From Candidatus Omnitrophota bacterium (GTDB lineage: Bacteria > Omnitrophota > Omnitrophia > Omnitrophales > JACROU01), in the NCBI GenBank assembly GCA_029261035.1, contig JAJDCD010000025.1:2926-66925 (forward strand): a stretch of 64,000 nt of DNA. Direction: 5' to 3'. The notes beneath the pieces were generated by a model that had not been told where the DNA came from, did not search any database, and worked only from the letters and a program-made list of their open reading frames with translations. The position numbers and the translations under genes were made by a program. How positions within the stretch are numbered: position 1 is the stretch's first letter; every line of letters starts with the position of its first letter. Below, piece by piece: positions 21,065 through 29,368 of the stretch.

Positions 21065-21140
21065 TGGAGCTGGCAGAGGGAGTCGAACCCACGACCTACT
21101 GATTACAAATCAGTTGCTCTACCAACTGAGCTATGCCAGC
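21065..21140 (-). tRNA. tRNA-Thr(TGT)
   Basis: GCTGGCATAGCTCAGTTGGTAGAGCAACTGATTTGTAATCAGT...GGTTCGACTCCCTCTGCCAGCTCCA. Confidence 0.97.
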
Positions 21141-21169
21141 ATCCGGTTTGTTACATAGCTCATTTACAA

Positions 21170-21228
21170 CTGATAATCAAGTTGCTCCCTGCCTACCGGC
21201 AGGTAGGTACCAACTGAGCTATGCCAGC
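21170..21228 (-). pseudogene. Duplicated tRNA-Thr 5' fragment interrupted by a 20-bp palindromic insertion (21188-21207)
   Basis: Minus strand reads GCTGGCATAGCTCAGTTGGTA[CCTACCTGCCGGTAGGCAGG]GAGCAACT; removing the bracket gives the first 29 nt of the adjacent tRNA-Thr exactly. Confidence 0.85.
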
Positions 21229-21464
21229 TTCATATTTCTAATCTTCTCTTTAATCAATTCTCTACCACAACCTGATTTGTAATACTTTTCCCGTTCTCTA
21301 GCTTTTTCTCTATCCTTAACCTGTTCAGTAAAGATCAACTCAAAGGGCCGTCGATTCTTTGTCGACTGAGTCATACCCAAATTATGGTGTTTTAATCTCT
21401 TTTGAGGATCTTCAGACATTCCAATATAAAGGAATTCGTCTTTCGTGCTTCTTAACGCATACAC
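21219..21464 (-). CDS. Small standalone GIY-YIG nuclease family protein
   Basis: (FYV)YALRS...LYIGMSEDPQKRLKHHNLG...STKNRRPFELIFTE...AREREKYYKSGCGRE. The FY residues lie just upstream of the called GTG. Confidence 0.9.
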   Translation of the reverse strand: MYALRSTKDEFLYIGMSEDPQKRLKHHNLGMTQSTKNRRPFELIFTEQVKDREKAREREKYYKSGCGRELIKEKIRNMKLA

Positions 21465-21541
21465 ATAGAAGCCTATATGTACCTCACCTCATAAGCCGCG
21501 TATTGTACCTAAAAATGGTTGAAAAATAAAGGGGGAATATT

Positions 21542-22402
21542 TCAATTTCTTAACTTCTGAAAGGCTCTAGGTAAAAGATCCAAGATATCGCTAGGAACAA
21601 GAGAAATAACTCCTTTTTCCTTCTTGGCTAAATCACCCGCAAAACCATGAATGTATACTCCAACTTTAGCTGCATCGAATGGCTTTAATCCTTGAGCCAG
21701 CAAAGATGCAATAACTCCTAGAAGAATATCGCCACTTCCCCCCGTCGCCATTCCAGGATTGCCCGTTCGGTTTATACTGACTCTCCCTCCTGGGTCAGCA
21801 ACAACCGTTTGATGTCCTTTCAAAACTACCGTGGCACCATATTGAGAAGCTATCTTTTTTGCAGCATTCTTTCTTTGAACATCTGACTGAATAGGAATAT
21901 TCTTAAATAATCTTTTGAACTCTCCTGGGTGTGGTGTAATAATCAAAGGAACCTTGATTTGTTTTAAGACATTCACATTGCCACTAAAAGCATTTAATCC
22001 ATCAGCATCTAGAACTAAGGGAATAGCACAGAATAGAGCTACTCTTCGTATCAAAGACTGCGTTCCCTTTTCCTGGGATAATCCTGGCCCTATCCCTAAA
22101 ACATCTTTTTTCTTTAACAGTTGTTTTATTTTGGGGTATGCAGAAATACTCAACGAACCTGTCTTAGATTCTGGAAGAGGATGAACCATAATTTCAGGAT
22201 ATCTTTTTAATATAAGAGCTGCAGATGATTCAGGAACCCCTAAAGAAATAAGACCGACTCCTGAACGAAGAGCTGCTACAGCAGATAAGAGCGCCGCTCC
22301 CGTCATTGTTCGAGAACCTGCAATAATACACAAATGCCCAAATTGGCCTTTATGAGCTTTTATCCCTCGATGGGGTAAATAAGATTTTATCTGCTTCTTC
22401 AT
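21542..22402 (-). CDS. nnrD: ADP-dependent NAD(P)H-hydrate dehydratase (standalone, no epimerase domain)
   Basis: HKGQFG, GAALL, GPGL, LDADGLN, TPHPGEF, VLKG and GNPGMATGGSGDIL motifs. Confidence 0.92.
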   Translation of the reverse strand: MKKQIKSYLPHRGIKAHKGQFGHLCIIAGSRTMTGAALLSAVAALRSGVGLISLGVPESSAALILKRYPEIMVHPLPESKTGSLSISAYPKIKQLLKKKDVLGIGPGLSQEKGTQSLIRRVALFCAIPLVLDADGLNAFSGNVNVLKQIKVPLIITPHPGEFKRLFKNIPIQSDVQRKNAAKKIASQYGATVVLKGHQTVVADPGGRVSINRTGNPGMATGGSGDILLGVIASLLAQGLKPFDAAKVGVYIHGFAGDLAKKEKGVISLVPSDILDLLPRAFQKLRN

Positions 22403-22422
22403 TCCTTTTCCTTACTATCATC

Positions 22423-22516
22423 TGTCATTGCGAGACAGCTACAAATGAGTCGTGGCAATCTCAGGTATCAATATCTGAGATCCTTCGTCCGCACTTGGCC
22501 GTGCTTCCTCAGGATA
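22423..22516. repeat. REP-like palindromic element (GTCATTGCGAG...CGTGGCAATCTC / GAGATCCTTCG...CTCAGGAT)
   Basis: Internal inverted repeat ATCTCAG..CTGAGAT; related half-elements at 35593-35643 and 44811-44851. Confidence 0.65.
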
Positions 22517-22565
22517 AATTCGTACGGACAACTTGAGTCTCACTGTGTGAGCCTAAGTTGTGTAC

Positions 22566-23285
22566 TCATTTATTTTTAATAATTCGGACCATATCCTTTA
22601 CGGCTTGTTTCATTCCAACAAATACCGCTCTTGCAACAATACTATGTCCTATGTTTAATTCTTCTATATATGGGACTTCTTGACAAATTTGCTGTGTATT
22701 TTCATAATTCAAACCATGCCCCGCATTCACTCCTACTCCTAAAGAGTACGCAAGCTCTGATCCTATTCTAAGACGCTTAACTTCTTTGTTTCTATTCGAT
22801 TTTGACTTAGCATTTGCATACACTCCAGTATGAAGCTCTATATAATTCGCTCCTACTTTCTTAGCTGCTTTTATTTCTTTCTCTATAGGGTCAATAAATA
22901 AACTGACCACAATTCCTTTTTTCTTTAATTGGCTCACGACCTTATCGATCTGCTTCATTTGCTTGCTTACAGCTAAACCACCTTCTGTTGTTAACTCTTG
23001 TCTTTTTTCAGGAACCAAACATACTTTTTCTGGCTTTATCCTTAAAGCAATCTTTACTATTTCACTTGAAGCAGACATTTCTAAATTAAGAGGAAAAATT
23101 TTTTTGTTTAAAAGAAAAACATCTTTATCCTGTATGTGACGTCTATCCTCACGTAAATGAACTGTTATACCATGAGCCCCTCCACCCAAAGATTCTAGAG
23201 CAGATTGTAATACATCTGGTTCATCCGCAAGCCTCGCTTGTCTAAGAGTAGCTATATGATCTATATTCACACCAAGCTGAATCAT
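22566..23285 (-). CDS. pdxJ: Pyridoxine 5'-phosphate synthase
   Basis: LGVNIDHIATLRQAR, HLREDRRHI, ELTTEGGL and VNAGHGL motifs. Confidence 0.97.
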   Translation of the reverse strand: MIQLGVNIDHIATLRQARLADEPDVLQSALESLGGGAHGITVHLREDRRHIQDKDVFLLNKKIFPLNLEMSASSEIVKIALRIKPEKVCLVPEKRQELTTEGGLAVSKQMKQIDKVVSQLKKKGIVVSLFIDPIEKEIKAAKKVGANYIELHTGVYANAKSKSNRNKEVKRLRIGSELAYSLGVGVNAGHGLNYENTQQICQEVPYIEELNIGHSIVARAVFVGMKQAVKDMVRIIKNK

Positions 23286-23357
23286 TGTTTTCCTTTGTTA
23301 ACTTACAGATTCTTAGGAGTATAACGAAGAAGAATCTCTTAAACTCAATACCTTCCG

Positions 23358-24296
23358 CTACCTTTTTACTTCTTCCATGATGACACGAATAATAGGAGAT
23401 TCTCCCTTTAACGATATTTCTTCTGGAAGATTTAACTTCAGCTCAAGCTCGTACTTTCCCTTTTTTAAACCAGAAACATCGACATAAGATATAAAGTCTT
23501 CTTCCTTTAAATCTTCTAATGCTCTTAAAGGTCCTTTTAATTCAATATTTATTTTTGAAGGATCTAAGTAAATGGAAAAGGTCTTCTCTGGAATTCCAAG
23601 AACTCGAACAACTATATTCTCATAGGTTTTTGAAGAAAACTGCTCAACCAATGGAACTAAAACTTCTACAGATTCATGATTAACAGGTTTAACAGAATGA
23701 GATTTAAAATCAATTTTAATCTTTTTCTTGAATGATCGAATACGACCAACAATATCAATAGGTTCTGTCTGAATCACTTCCAACTCTTCAAGTCTTGATT
23801 GAGCCCCCTGAACCAAAACAACATTAGGGTCTATTAATATTTCAGACTCTATATAAGAAAAGCCTGTAGCAGGTTCCCCTTGAATATTTGGAATAACTTT
23901 CAACTTTTTAGTCACACGCTGATCTAACGTGACTCTAAAAGTTCTTGGGTATATTTCTTGTATGCGAACATTGCTTGAAGGTAATTGAAAATTCTCACGG
24001 CCAACTTGAAAACTATATTCTCCGCTTTCAACGCCATAATCCACTTGGTGATTGGCTCTTATATCTTGAGAAGACAACAAGTTGATATCACTTTTAGGGC
24101 CCTGAAAAACAACTCTCAAAGACTGAGTTACTCCTTTAGTTAAAATCATATTTTCGTTTTTAACATTAATATCTAAAGGAACTCTTAAGGTAATTTGCTC
24201 CGTGCCTTCTCCGCTCGCATAAAACCAAACAACCATGGCTATGATTAATGAGACTATTTTTAGACCCCAGTTTTGGACTAGCCAACTAACGTTCAT
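23358..24296 (-). CDS. cdaR: YbbR-domain regulator of diadenylate cyclase
   Basis: N-terminal TM segment NWGLKIVSLIIAMVVWFY, YbbR-like beta repeats, overlaps the 3' end of cdaA. Confidence 0.85.
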   Translation of the reverse strand: MNVSWLVQNWGLKIVSLIIAMVVWFYASGEGTEQITLRVPLDINVKNENMILTKGVTQSLRVVFQGPKSDINLLSSQDIRANHQVDYGVESGEYSFQVGRENFQLPSSNVRIQEIYPRTFRVTLDQRVTKKLKVIPNIQGEPATGFSYIESEILIDPNVVLVQGAQSRLEELEVIQTEPIDIVGRIRSFKKKIKIDFKSHSVKPVNHESVEVLVPLVEQFSSKTYENIVVRVLGIPEKTFSIYLDPSKINIELKGPLRALEDLKEEDFISYVDVSGLKKGKYELELKLNLPEEISLKGESPIIRVIMEEVKR

Positions 24297-25077
24297 TTCT
24301 AAACCCCTTAATTAAATCTATAAAAGAAAGCTTTCTCACTTTAGGCTTAATTAGATTCCTCATGACTCTTTTTAAAGCTTCTCCATCTAAATTACGTGTC
24401 AGTTTTCCGTTTATAGAAACAGAAATTCCTCCTGTTTCTTCAGAAACAACAATACACACAGCGTCCGTCTCTTCCGTAATTCCAATAGCAGCCCGATGCC
24501 TCGTTCCAAGAGCACGGCTGACATTCGTATTTAGGGTTAATGGGAATAAAGATCCGCAAGAAGCAACACGATTCTCAATAATAATGACCCCCCCATCATG
24601 AAGAAGAGATTGAGGATGAAATAAAGTCAGTAATAAATCTGAGGATACTTCGCTGTCTAAAGAAACTCCACTTTCCACATAATTTCTAAGCCCCAAGTCT
24701 CTTTGGATTGCAATCAAAGCGCCAATTTTTTTTTCAGACAAAAGAACGCAAGCATTTACAATTTCATCAAGAATGCCTCCCTCTTTAGCCATGGAACTTA
24801 ACATGGCATTTTGTCCCAATCGAGCAAGCCCTCTTCTAAGTTCTGGCTGAAAAATAATGAGAAGAGCAATAACACCAATAGCTAACAACCTCTCAATTAG
24901 CCACTTGATACTTTGTAATCCTAAGAGATTAGCAAACTCAAATACCAAAAGGAAAAGGATCAATCCCATAAGAACCTGTACCGCTCTAGTCCCTTGAACT
25001 AAACGGAACAGAACATATATGATCCACCAAATAATGGAAATTTCTAAGATAGGTCTCCAGAGGGAAAATAAATCCAT
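24286..25077 (-). CDS. cdaA: Membrane diadenylate cyclase
   Basis: Three TM segments, FQPELRRGL, LHDGG and GTRHRAA motifs. Confidence 0.95.
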   Translation of the reverse strand: MDLFSLWRPILEISIIWWIIYVLFRLVQGTRAVQVLMGLILFLLVFEFANLLGLQSIKWLIERLLAIGVIALLIIFQPELRRGLARLGQNAMLSSMAKEGGILDEIVNACVLLSEKKIGALIAIQRDLGLRNYVESGVSLDSEVSSDLLLTLFHPQSLLHDGGVIIIENRVASCGSLFPLTLNTNVSRALGTRHRAAIGITEETDAVCIVVSEETGGISVSINGKLTRNLDGEALKRVMRNLIKPKVRKLSFIDLIKGFRNER

Positions 25078-25183
25078 AATAAAGTTAAGGTACTCCTAAT
25101 TTAAAGAAATAGATATCAGTTATCAGACATCAGAATAAAGGAAGTGTATGATGAAAAATTTATTGCTTTGTAAGCTTAAATTT

Positions 25184-26200
25184 CTAAAGTAAGTTTTCTT
25201 GTTTTTTGTTTGATTTCATTTGCATGTGTTCATAAGCTAACTTGGTAACAACTCTTCCAGATTGAGTTCTCTTAATAAATCCTCTTTGAATTAAGTAAGG
25301 CTCATAAATCTCTTCTAACGTTTCAGCCTCTTCCCCTACAGCAACAGCCAAAGTTCCAACCCCTACAGGACCTCCTTCAAACTCATTCATAATATAACTC
25401 AATATCTTTCGATCCATCATATCCAAACCTTCATGATCTACTTCCAACATTTGAAGAGCGTCATCTGCTACTTTCTTAGTAATAACACCATCTGCTTTTA
25501 CTTGGGCAAAATCACGTATTCTCTTTAGTAATCGATTCGCAACACGAGGAGTTCCCCTAGAACGCCTAGCGATTTCTTCACTTCCTTCTGCATCTAATTG
25601 CACATTCAATATTTGAGCCGAACGCTTTACAATCTGAGCCAATTCTTTTGATTCATAGAAATTAAGTCTTTCAACAATACCAAAACGAGCTCTTAAGGGT
25701 GAAGTTAACAGACCTGTCCTTGTAGTTGCTCCAATTAAAGTGAATTTGGGTAAATTAATTTTCACAGAACGAGCACTAGGACCTTTATCAATCATAATAT
25801 CCAGAAAGTAATCCTCCATCGCCGGATACAAATATTCTTCAACAACAGAGCCTAAACGGTGAATTTCATCAATGAAAAGAACATCCCCTTCTTCAAGATT
25901 GGTTAAAAGCCCAGCCAAATCTCCAGCTCTCTCTAGAACAGGCCCTGAAGAAGTTTTAATATTAGCTCCCATCTCCTTAGCAATAATATGTGCCAAAGTT
26001 GTCTTTCCCAAACCTGGAGGACCAAAAAACAGAGTATGATCTAATGGTTCTTTTCTCTTTAACGCGGCTTCAATATAAACAGATATATTTTCTTTGATTT
26101 TGGATTGCCCTACAAAATCATTAAGACATGGGGGACGTAAATTAATATCTAAATCCATGTCTTCATCTTTAAATTCATTTGAAAGTACCCGATCGTCCAT
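25184..26200 (-). CDS. ruvB: Holliday junction branch-migration ATPase RuvB
   Basis: [27 protein letters not shown] and RGTPR motifs. Confidence 0.98.
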   Translation of the reverse strand: MDDRVLSNEFKDEDMDLDINLRPPCLNDFVGQSKIKENISVYIEAALKRKEPLDHTLFFGPPGLGKTTLAHIIAKEMGANIKTSSGPVLERAGDLAGLLTNLEEGDVLFIDEIHRLGSVVEEYLYPAMEDYFLDIMIDKGPSARSVKINLPKFTLIGATTRTGLLTSPLRARFGIVERLNFYESKELAQIVKRSAQILNVQLDAEGSEEIARRSRGTPRVANRLLKRIRDFAQVKADGVITKKVADDALQMLEVDHEGLDMMDRKILSYIMNEFEGGPVGVGTLAVAVGEEAETLEEIYEPYLIQRGFIKRTQSGRVVTKLAYEHMQMKSNKKQENLL

Positions 26201-26217
26201 AAATTATCCTTTGTCTA

Positions 26218-26346
26218 TTAGTGCATAGCGGGTAGCGTTTAGCGAATAGATTTTGGCCACCCTCATCCTAACCTTCTCCCTCCACCGGAGGGAGAAGGAA
26301 ATAAAGATAAAAGACCTATCCGCTCCACGCTCCACGCTATCCGCTA
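26218..26346. repeat. Composite palindromic element, copy 1 (heptamer arms plus CCTTCTCCCTCC/GGAGGGAGAAGG hairpin core)
   Basis: Core 26257-26298 is identical to copy 2; TAGCG-type heptamers on the left, CGCT(A/C)-type on the right. Confidence 0.9.
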
Positions 26347-26348
26347 TT

Positions 26349-26948
26349 TTATATATTTTTCAGAGATTCTTTTAGTAGCTCTTCAACAGAAATATCTTTC
26401 CCTTGCTTCTCAATAACTTTACGCATTGCTTTATCTGCCTCTACTCTTTTGTACCCCAATTGAGTTAATGCGGCTAAGCCTACGTTGAAAACTTCGTCAA
26501 CATGAGAGCCTGGCTTTAACAGCTTATCTCTTTGGATCTTTCCATCCACAACAATTTTTTCTTTTAATTCCACAATCAACCGTTCGGCTGTTTTCTTACC
26601 AATCCCTGGAATTTGTGTCAAAAAGCTAACATCTTCACTCACCAAAGCCGATTTAATTTCAATCGCTTCAAAACTGGACAACATAGCTAAAGCCACCTTA
26701 GGTCCAATCCCAGAAACAGACAATAACACTCTGAATAATTCTTTTTCATCCTTTGTAAAGAAACCAAACAGTTGCTGGTTATCTTCCCGAACGTGAAAAT
26801 GAATTTGAAGCTTCACTTTATCATTCAGCTCAGGTAAGTTCTGAAATGTAGAAAGAGGTATAGATATTTCGTACCCTAAACCACCCACATCCAAAACGAT
26901 AGAAGTTGGCTGCTTCACAGTTAAAATTCCAGAAATATAATTAAACAT
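26349..26948 (-). CDS. ruvA: Holliday junction DNA-binding protein RuvA
   Basis: VGGLGYEI, HVRED, VSGIGPKVAL and IPGIGKKTAERL motifs. Confidence 0.97.
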   Translation of the reverse strand: MFNYISGILTVKQPTSIVLDVGGLGYEISIPLSTFQNLPELNDKVKLQIHFHVREDNQQLFGFFTKDEKELFRVLLSVSGIGPKVALAMLSSFEAIEIKSALVSEDVSFLTQIPGIGKKTAERLIVELKEKIVVDGKIQRDKLLKPGSHVDEVFNVGLAALTQLGYKRVEADKAMRKVIEKQGKDISVEELLKESLKNI

Positions 26949-26958
26949 AGAATCCCTT

Positions 26959-27471
26959 TTATTTTAAATTAAGAACTACTTCTTTACTCTCTCTAAGAGA
27001 CTTCATTTGATGATTTTGATAATGACAAAATGCAATTGCAAGAGCATCTGCAGTATCAGGAAGCGGTGTTTGTTTAAGCTCTAATAAACTACGAATCATA
27101 AACTGAACTTGATTTTTCCCCGCTCTACCATTACCACAAACAGCTTGTTTCACTTTTGTTGGAGCATACTCACTAATAGGAATAGAATGCTGTGAAGCAA
27201 CTAGCATAGCAATCGCTCTAGCCTCACCTATCTTTATTGCTGCTTTAGCATCTTTACTGAAGAACACATTTTCAACAGCAAATTGTTCAGGGCGGAAAAT
27301 TTGAAAAACTTCTGACAAAGCATCAAAAATAAATTTTAGTCGTTCTGGAAGAGGTTGATGAGCGCGCGCTTTAATCGTTTCGGCATGAATCAACTGAACT
27401 TTCTTCGATGATGTTTCTATAATCCCAACACCCATTCGAATTGTTCCAGGATCAATGCCAACTATCCTCAT
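26959..27471 (-). CDS. ruvC: Crossover junction endodeoxyribonuclease RuvC
   Basis: IVGIDPG, AVENVF, VKQAVCGNG and DTADALAIA motifs. Confidence 0.97.
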   Translation of the reverse strand: MRIVGIDPGTIRMGVGIIETSSKKVQLIHAETIKARAHQPLPERLKFIFDALSEVFQIFRPEQFAVENVFFSKDAKAAIKIGEARAIAMLVASQHSIPISEYAPTKVKQAVCGNGRAGKNQVQFMIRSLLELKQTPLPDTADALAIAFCHYQNHQMKSLRESKEVVLNLK

Positions 27472-27487
27472 CGCTAACCCTCATTTA

Positions 27488-27615
27488 TTAGCGAATAGCA
27501 AATAGCGTTTAGCGGATAGTTTTCAACCACCCTCATCCTAACCTTCTCCCTCCACCGGAGGGAGAAGGAATAAAGACAAATAATCTATCCGCTCCACGCT
27601 ATGCGCTATACGCTA
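27488..27615. repeat. Composite palindromic element, copy 2
   Basis: Core CCACCCTCATCCTAACCTTCTCCCTCCACCGGAGGGAGAAGG at 27527-27568 with inverted heptamer arms. Confidence 0.9.
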
Positions 27616-27616
27616 G

Positions 27617-28357
27617 TTACAAAAGTTCTTCCGGTATATCTATATTCGTGTATACATTTTGAACATCGTCTTGCTCTTCAAGGGCTTCCAACAAACCCAT
27701 AGCAGATTTAGCAGCACTTACTTCTACTTTAGACAAATCTTTTGGCAACATTGTTAAGACAGCGGTCTCAATTTTTAAATTAGCTTCCTCAATACCTTTT
27801 CTAACCAAATCAAAATCTTGAGGGTTGCAAGTAACTTCAAATTTATTGGTATCATTATCTTTGGTTAGGTCGTCCGCTCCCGCTCCAATCACAATCTCCA
27901 TAAGAGCATCTTCTTCACATACATCTCCAGGAATCACAAACAATCCCTTTTTTTCAAACTGCCAATTCACAGCTCCACTTCCTGCCATGTTTCCACCACG
28001 TTTACTAAAAATATTTCTAATTTCAGCAGCCGTTCTATTTTTATTATCTGTCAAACACTCTACCATTATCGCTACTCCACCAGCGCCATATCCTTCATAA
28101 ATAACTTCATCATAGACCACACCTTCAAGTTCTCCTGTACCCTTCTTAATTGCACGATCAATATTGTCTTGCGGCATATTGCTGGACTTCGCATTAGACA
28201 AAGCTAAACGCAATCTAGGGTTCATAGAGGGGTCTCCACCACCGTTACGAGCCGCTACAGTCAATTCTCTAATTAGCTTTGTGAATATTTTTCCTCTTTT
28301 AGCATCAACGATTGCTTTTTTATGCTTAATAGAAGACCACTTTGAATGTCCAGACAT
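27617..28357 (-). CDS. yebC: YebC/PmpR family protein
   Basis: MSGHSKWSSIKHKK, YEGYG and TDNKNRT motifs; upstream of ruvC. Confidence 0.97.
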   Translation of the reverse strand: MSGHSKWSSIKHKKAIVDAKRGKIFTKLIRELTVAARNGGGDPSMNPRLRLALSNAKSSNMPQDNIDRAIKKGTGELEGVVYDEVIYEGYGAGGVAIMVECLTDNKNRTAAEIRNIFSKRGGNMAGSGAVNWQFEKKGLFVIPGDVCEEDALMEIVIGAGADDLTKDNDTNKFEVTCNPQDFDLVRKGIEEANLKIETAVLTMLPKDLSKVEVSAAKSAMGLLEALEEQDDVQNVYTNIDIPEELL

Positions 28358-28374
28358 AACTTCTCCTTTGTCGA

Positions 28375-28500
28375 TTAGCGTTTAGCGTTTAGCGGATAGT
28401 TTCAACCACCCTCATCCTAACCTTCCTTCTCCCTCCCTCGGAGGGAGAAGGAAGAAAAGACAAAAAATCTATACGCTAAACGCTCTACGCTCTACGCTAT
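28375..28500. repeat. Composite palindromic element, copy 3 (overlaps folP 3' end)
   Basis: Same core with an extra CCTT and a different loop; the right arm contains the folP stop codon. Confidence 0.9.
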
Positions 28501-29329
28501 TTCCATCTATTGCTTCAAAAACTTTAAATGCGTCTCGAAGCGCTTCTACATTATGAACCCTAAAAATACGGACGCCTTTTTGAAGACCCAACAAACAACT
28601 GGCAACGGTACCATAGTCTCTGTTCTGAGGTTCCTTGTTTAATATTTGACCTAAAAATGATTTTCTAGAAGTTCCTAACAAAATAGGTAATTTAAATTCA
28701 CTGAATTCTTCTAAGCGTTTTAAAATTTCGATGTTCTGCTCATAAGTCTTCGCAAATCCAATGCCGGGATCCAAGACTATATTCTCTAATGGAATATGTG
28801 CTAATTTTGCAATCTGAATACTTTCATCAAGCTCGCGCTTCACATCACAAACAACATCATTGTATGTCGTTTGGCTTTGCATATCTTGAGCATCGCCTCT
28901 GCGGTGCATCAAGACAACGCCTGCTTTATAATCACTAACAACAGCAGCCAACTCGGGGTCATCTTTCAAACCACTCACATCATTAACTACAGCAACCCCT
29001 CGTTTCAATGCCGCTAAAGCAACTTCAGAAGAAGTTGTATCAATCGATAAAGAGATAGAAACATTATCTTTAAGAATGTCTAAAACAGGTAATAATCTCT
29101 CTAATTCTTTCTGAGGCGTTATCGATTCTGCTCCTGGTCGAGTGGACACAGCCCCAAGATCAAGAAAATCAGCTCCATTCTTTTCTAATAAAAGAGCCTG
29201 TTCCAAAGCTCGTTTTGGATCTAGAAAATTACCCCCATCTGAAAAAGAATCAGGAGTCACATTAAGGACTCCCATAATTAATACTTTTTGAGAAAGATCA
29301 AACAAATGCTCACGAGCTTTGAAAATCAT
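28469..29329 (-). CDS. folP: Dihydropteroate synthase
   Basis: MGVLNVTPDSFSDGG, STRPGA, DPGIGFAK, SRKSF and RVHNV motifs. Confidence 0.97.
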   Translation of the reverse strand: MIFKAREHLFDLSQKVLIMGVLNVTPDSFSDGGNFLDPKRALEQALLLEKNGADFLDLGAVSTRPGAESITPQKELERLLPVLDILKDNVSISLSIDTTSSEVALAALKRGVAVVNDVSGLKDDPELAAVVSDYKAGVVLMHRRGDAQDMQSQTTYNDVVCDVKRELDESIQIAKLAHIPLENIVLDPGIGFAKTYEQNIEILKRLEEFSEFKLPILLGTSRKSFLGQILNKEPQNRDYGTVASCLLGLQKGVRIFRVHNVEALRDAFKVFEAIDGNSVERRAFSV

Positions 29330-29368
29330 ACCATTTCACCAAAGATCTGTTTAAAGCAAGCCTTAAAC

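Noticed and set aside
20083-21217. Plus-strand ORFs at 20083, 20545, 20812 and 21017
   Set aside because: Antisense to tRNAs or queF; translations such as GRAGFEPTKA and WQRESNPRP are typical tRNA shadows.
21141-21540. Prophage or integrative element attachment site at tRNA-Thr
   Set aside because: The duplicate is only 88 bp from the intact tRNA, and no integrase or phage gene occurs in the window.
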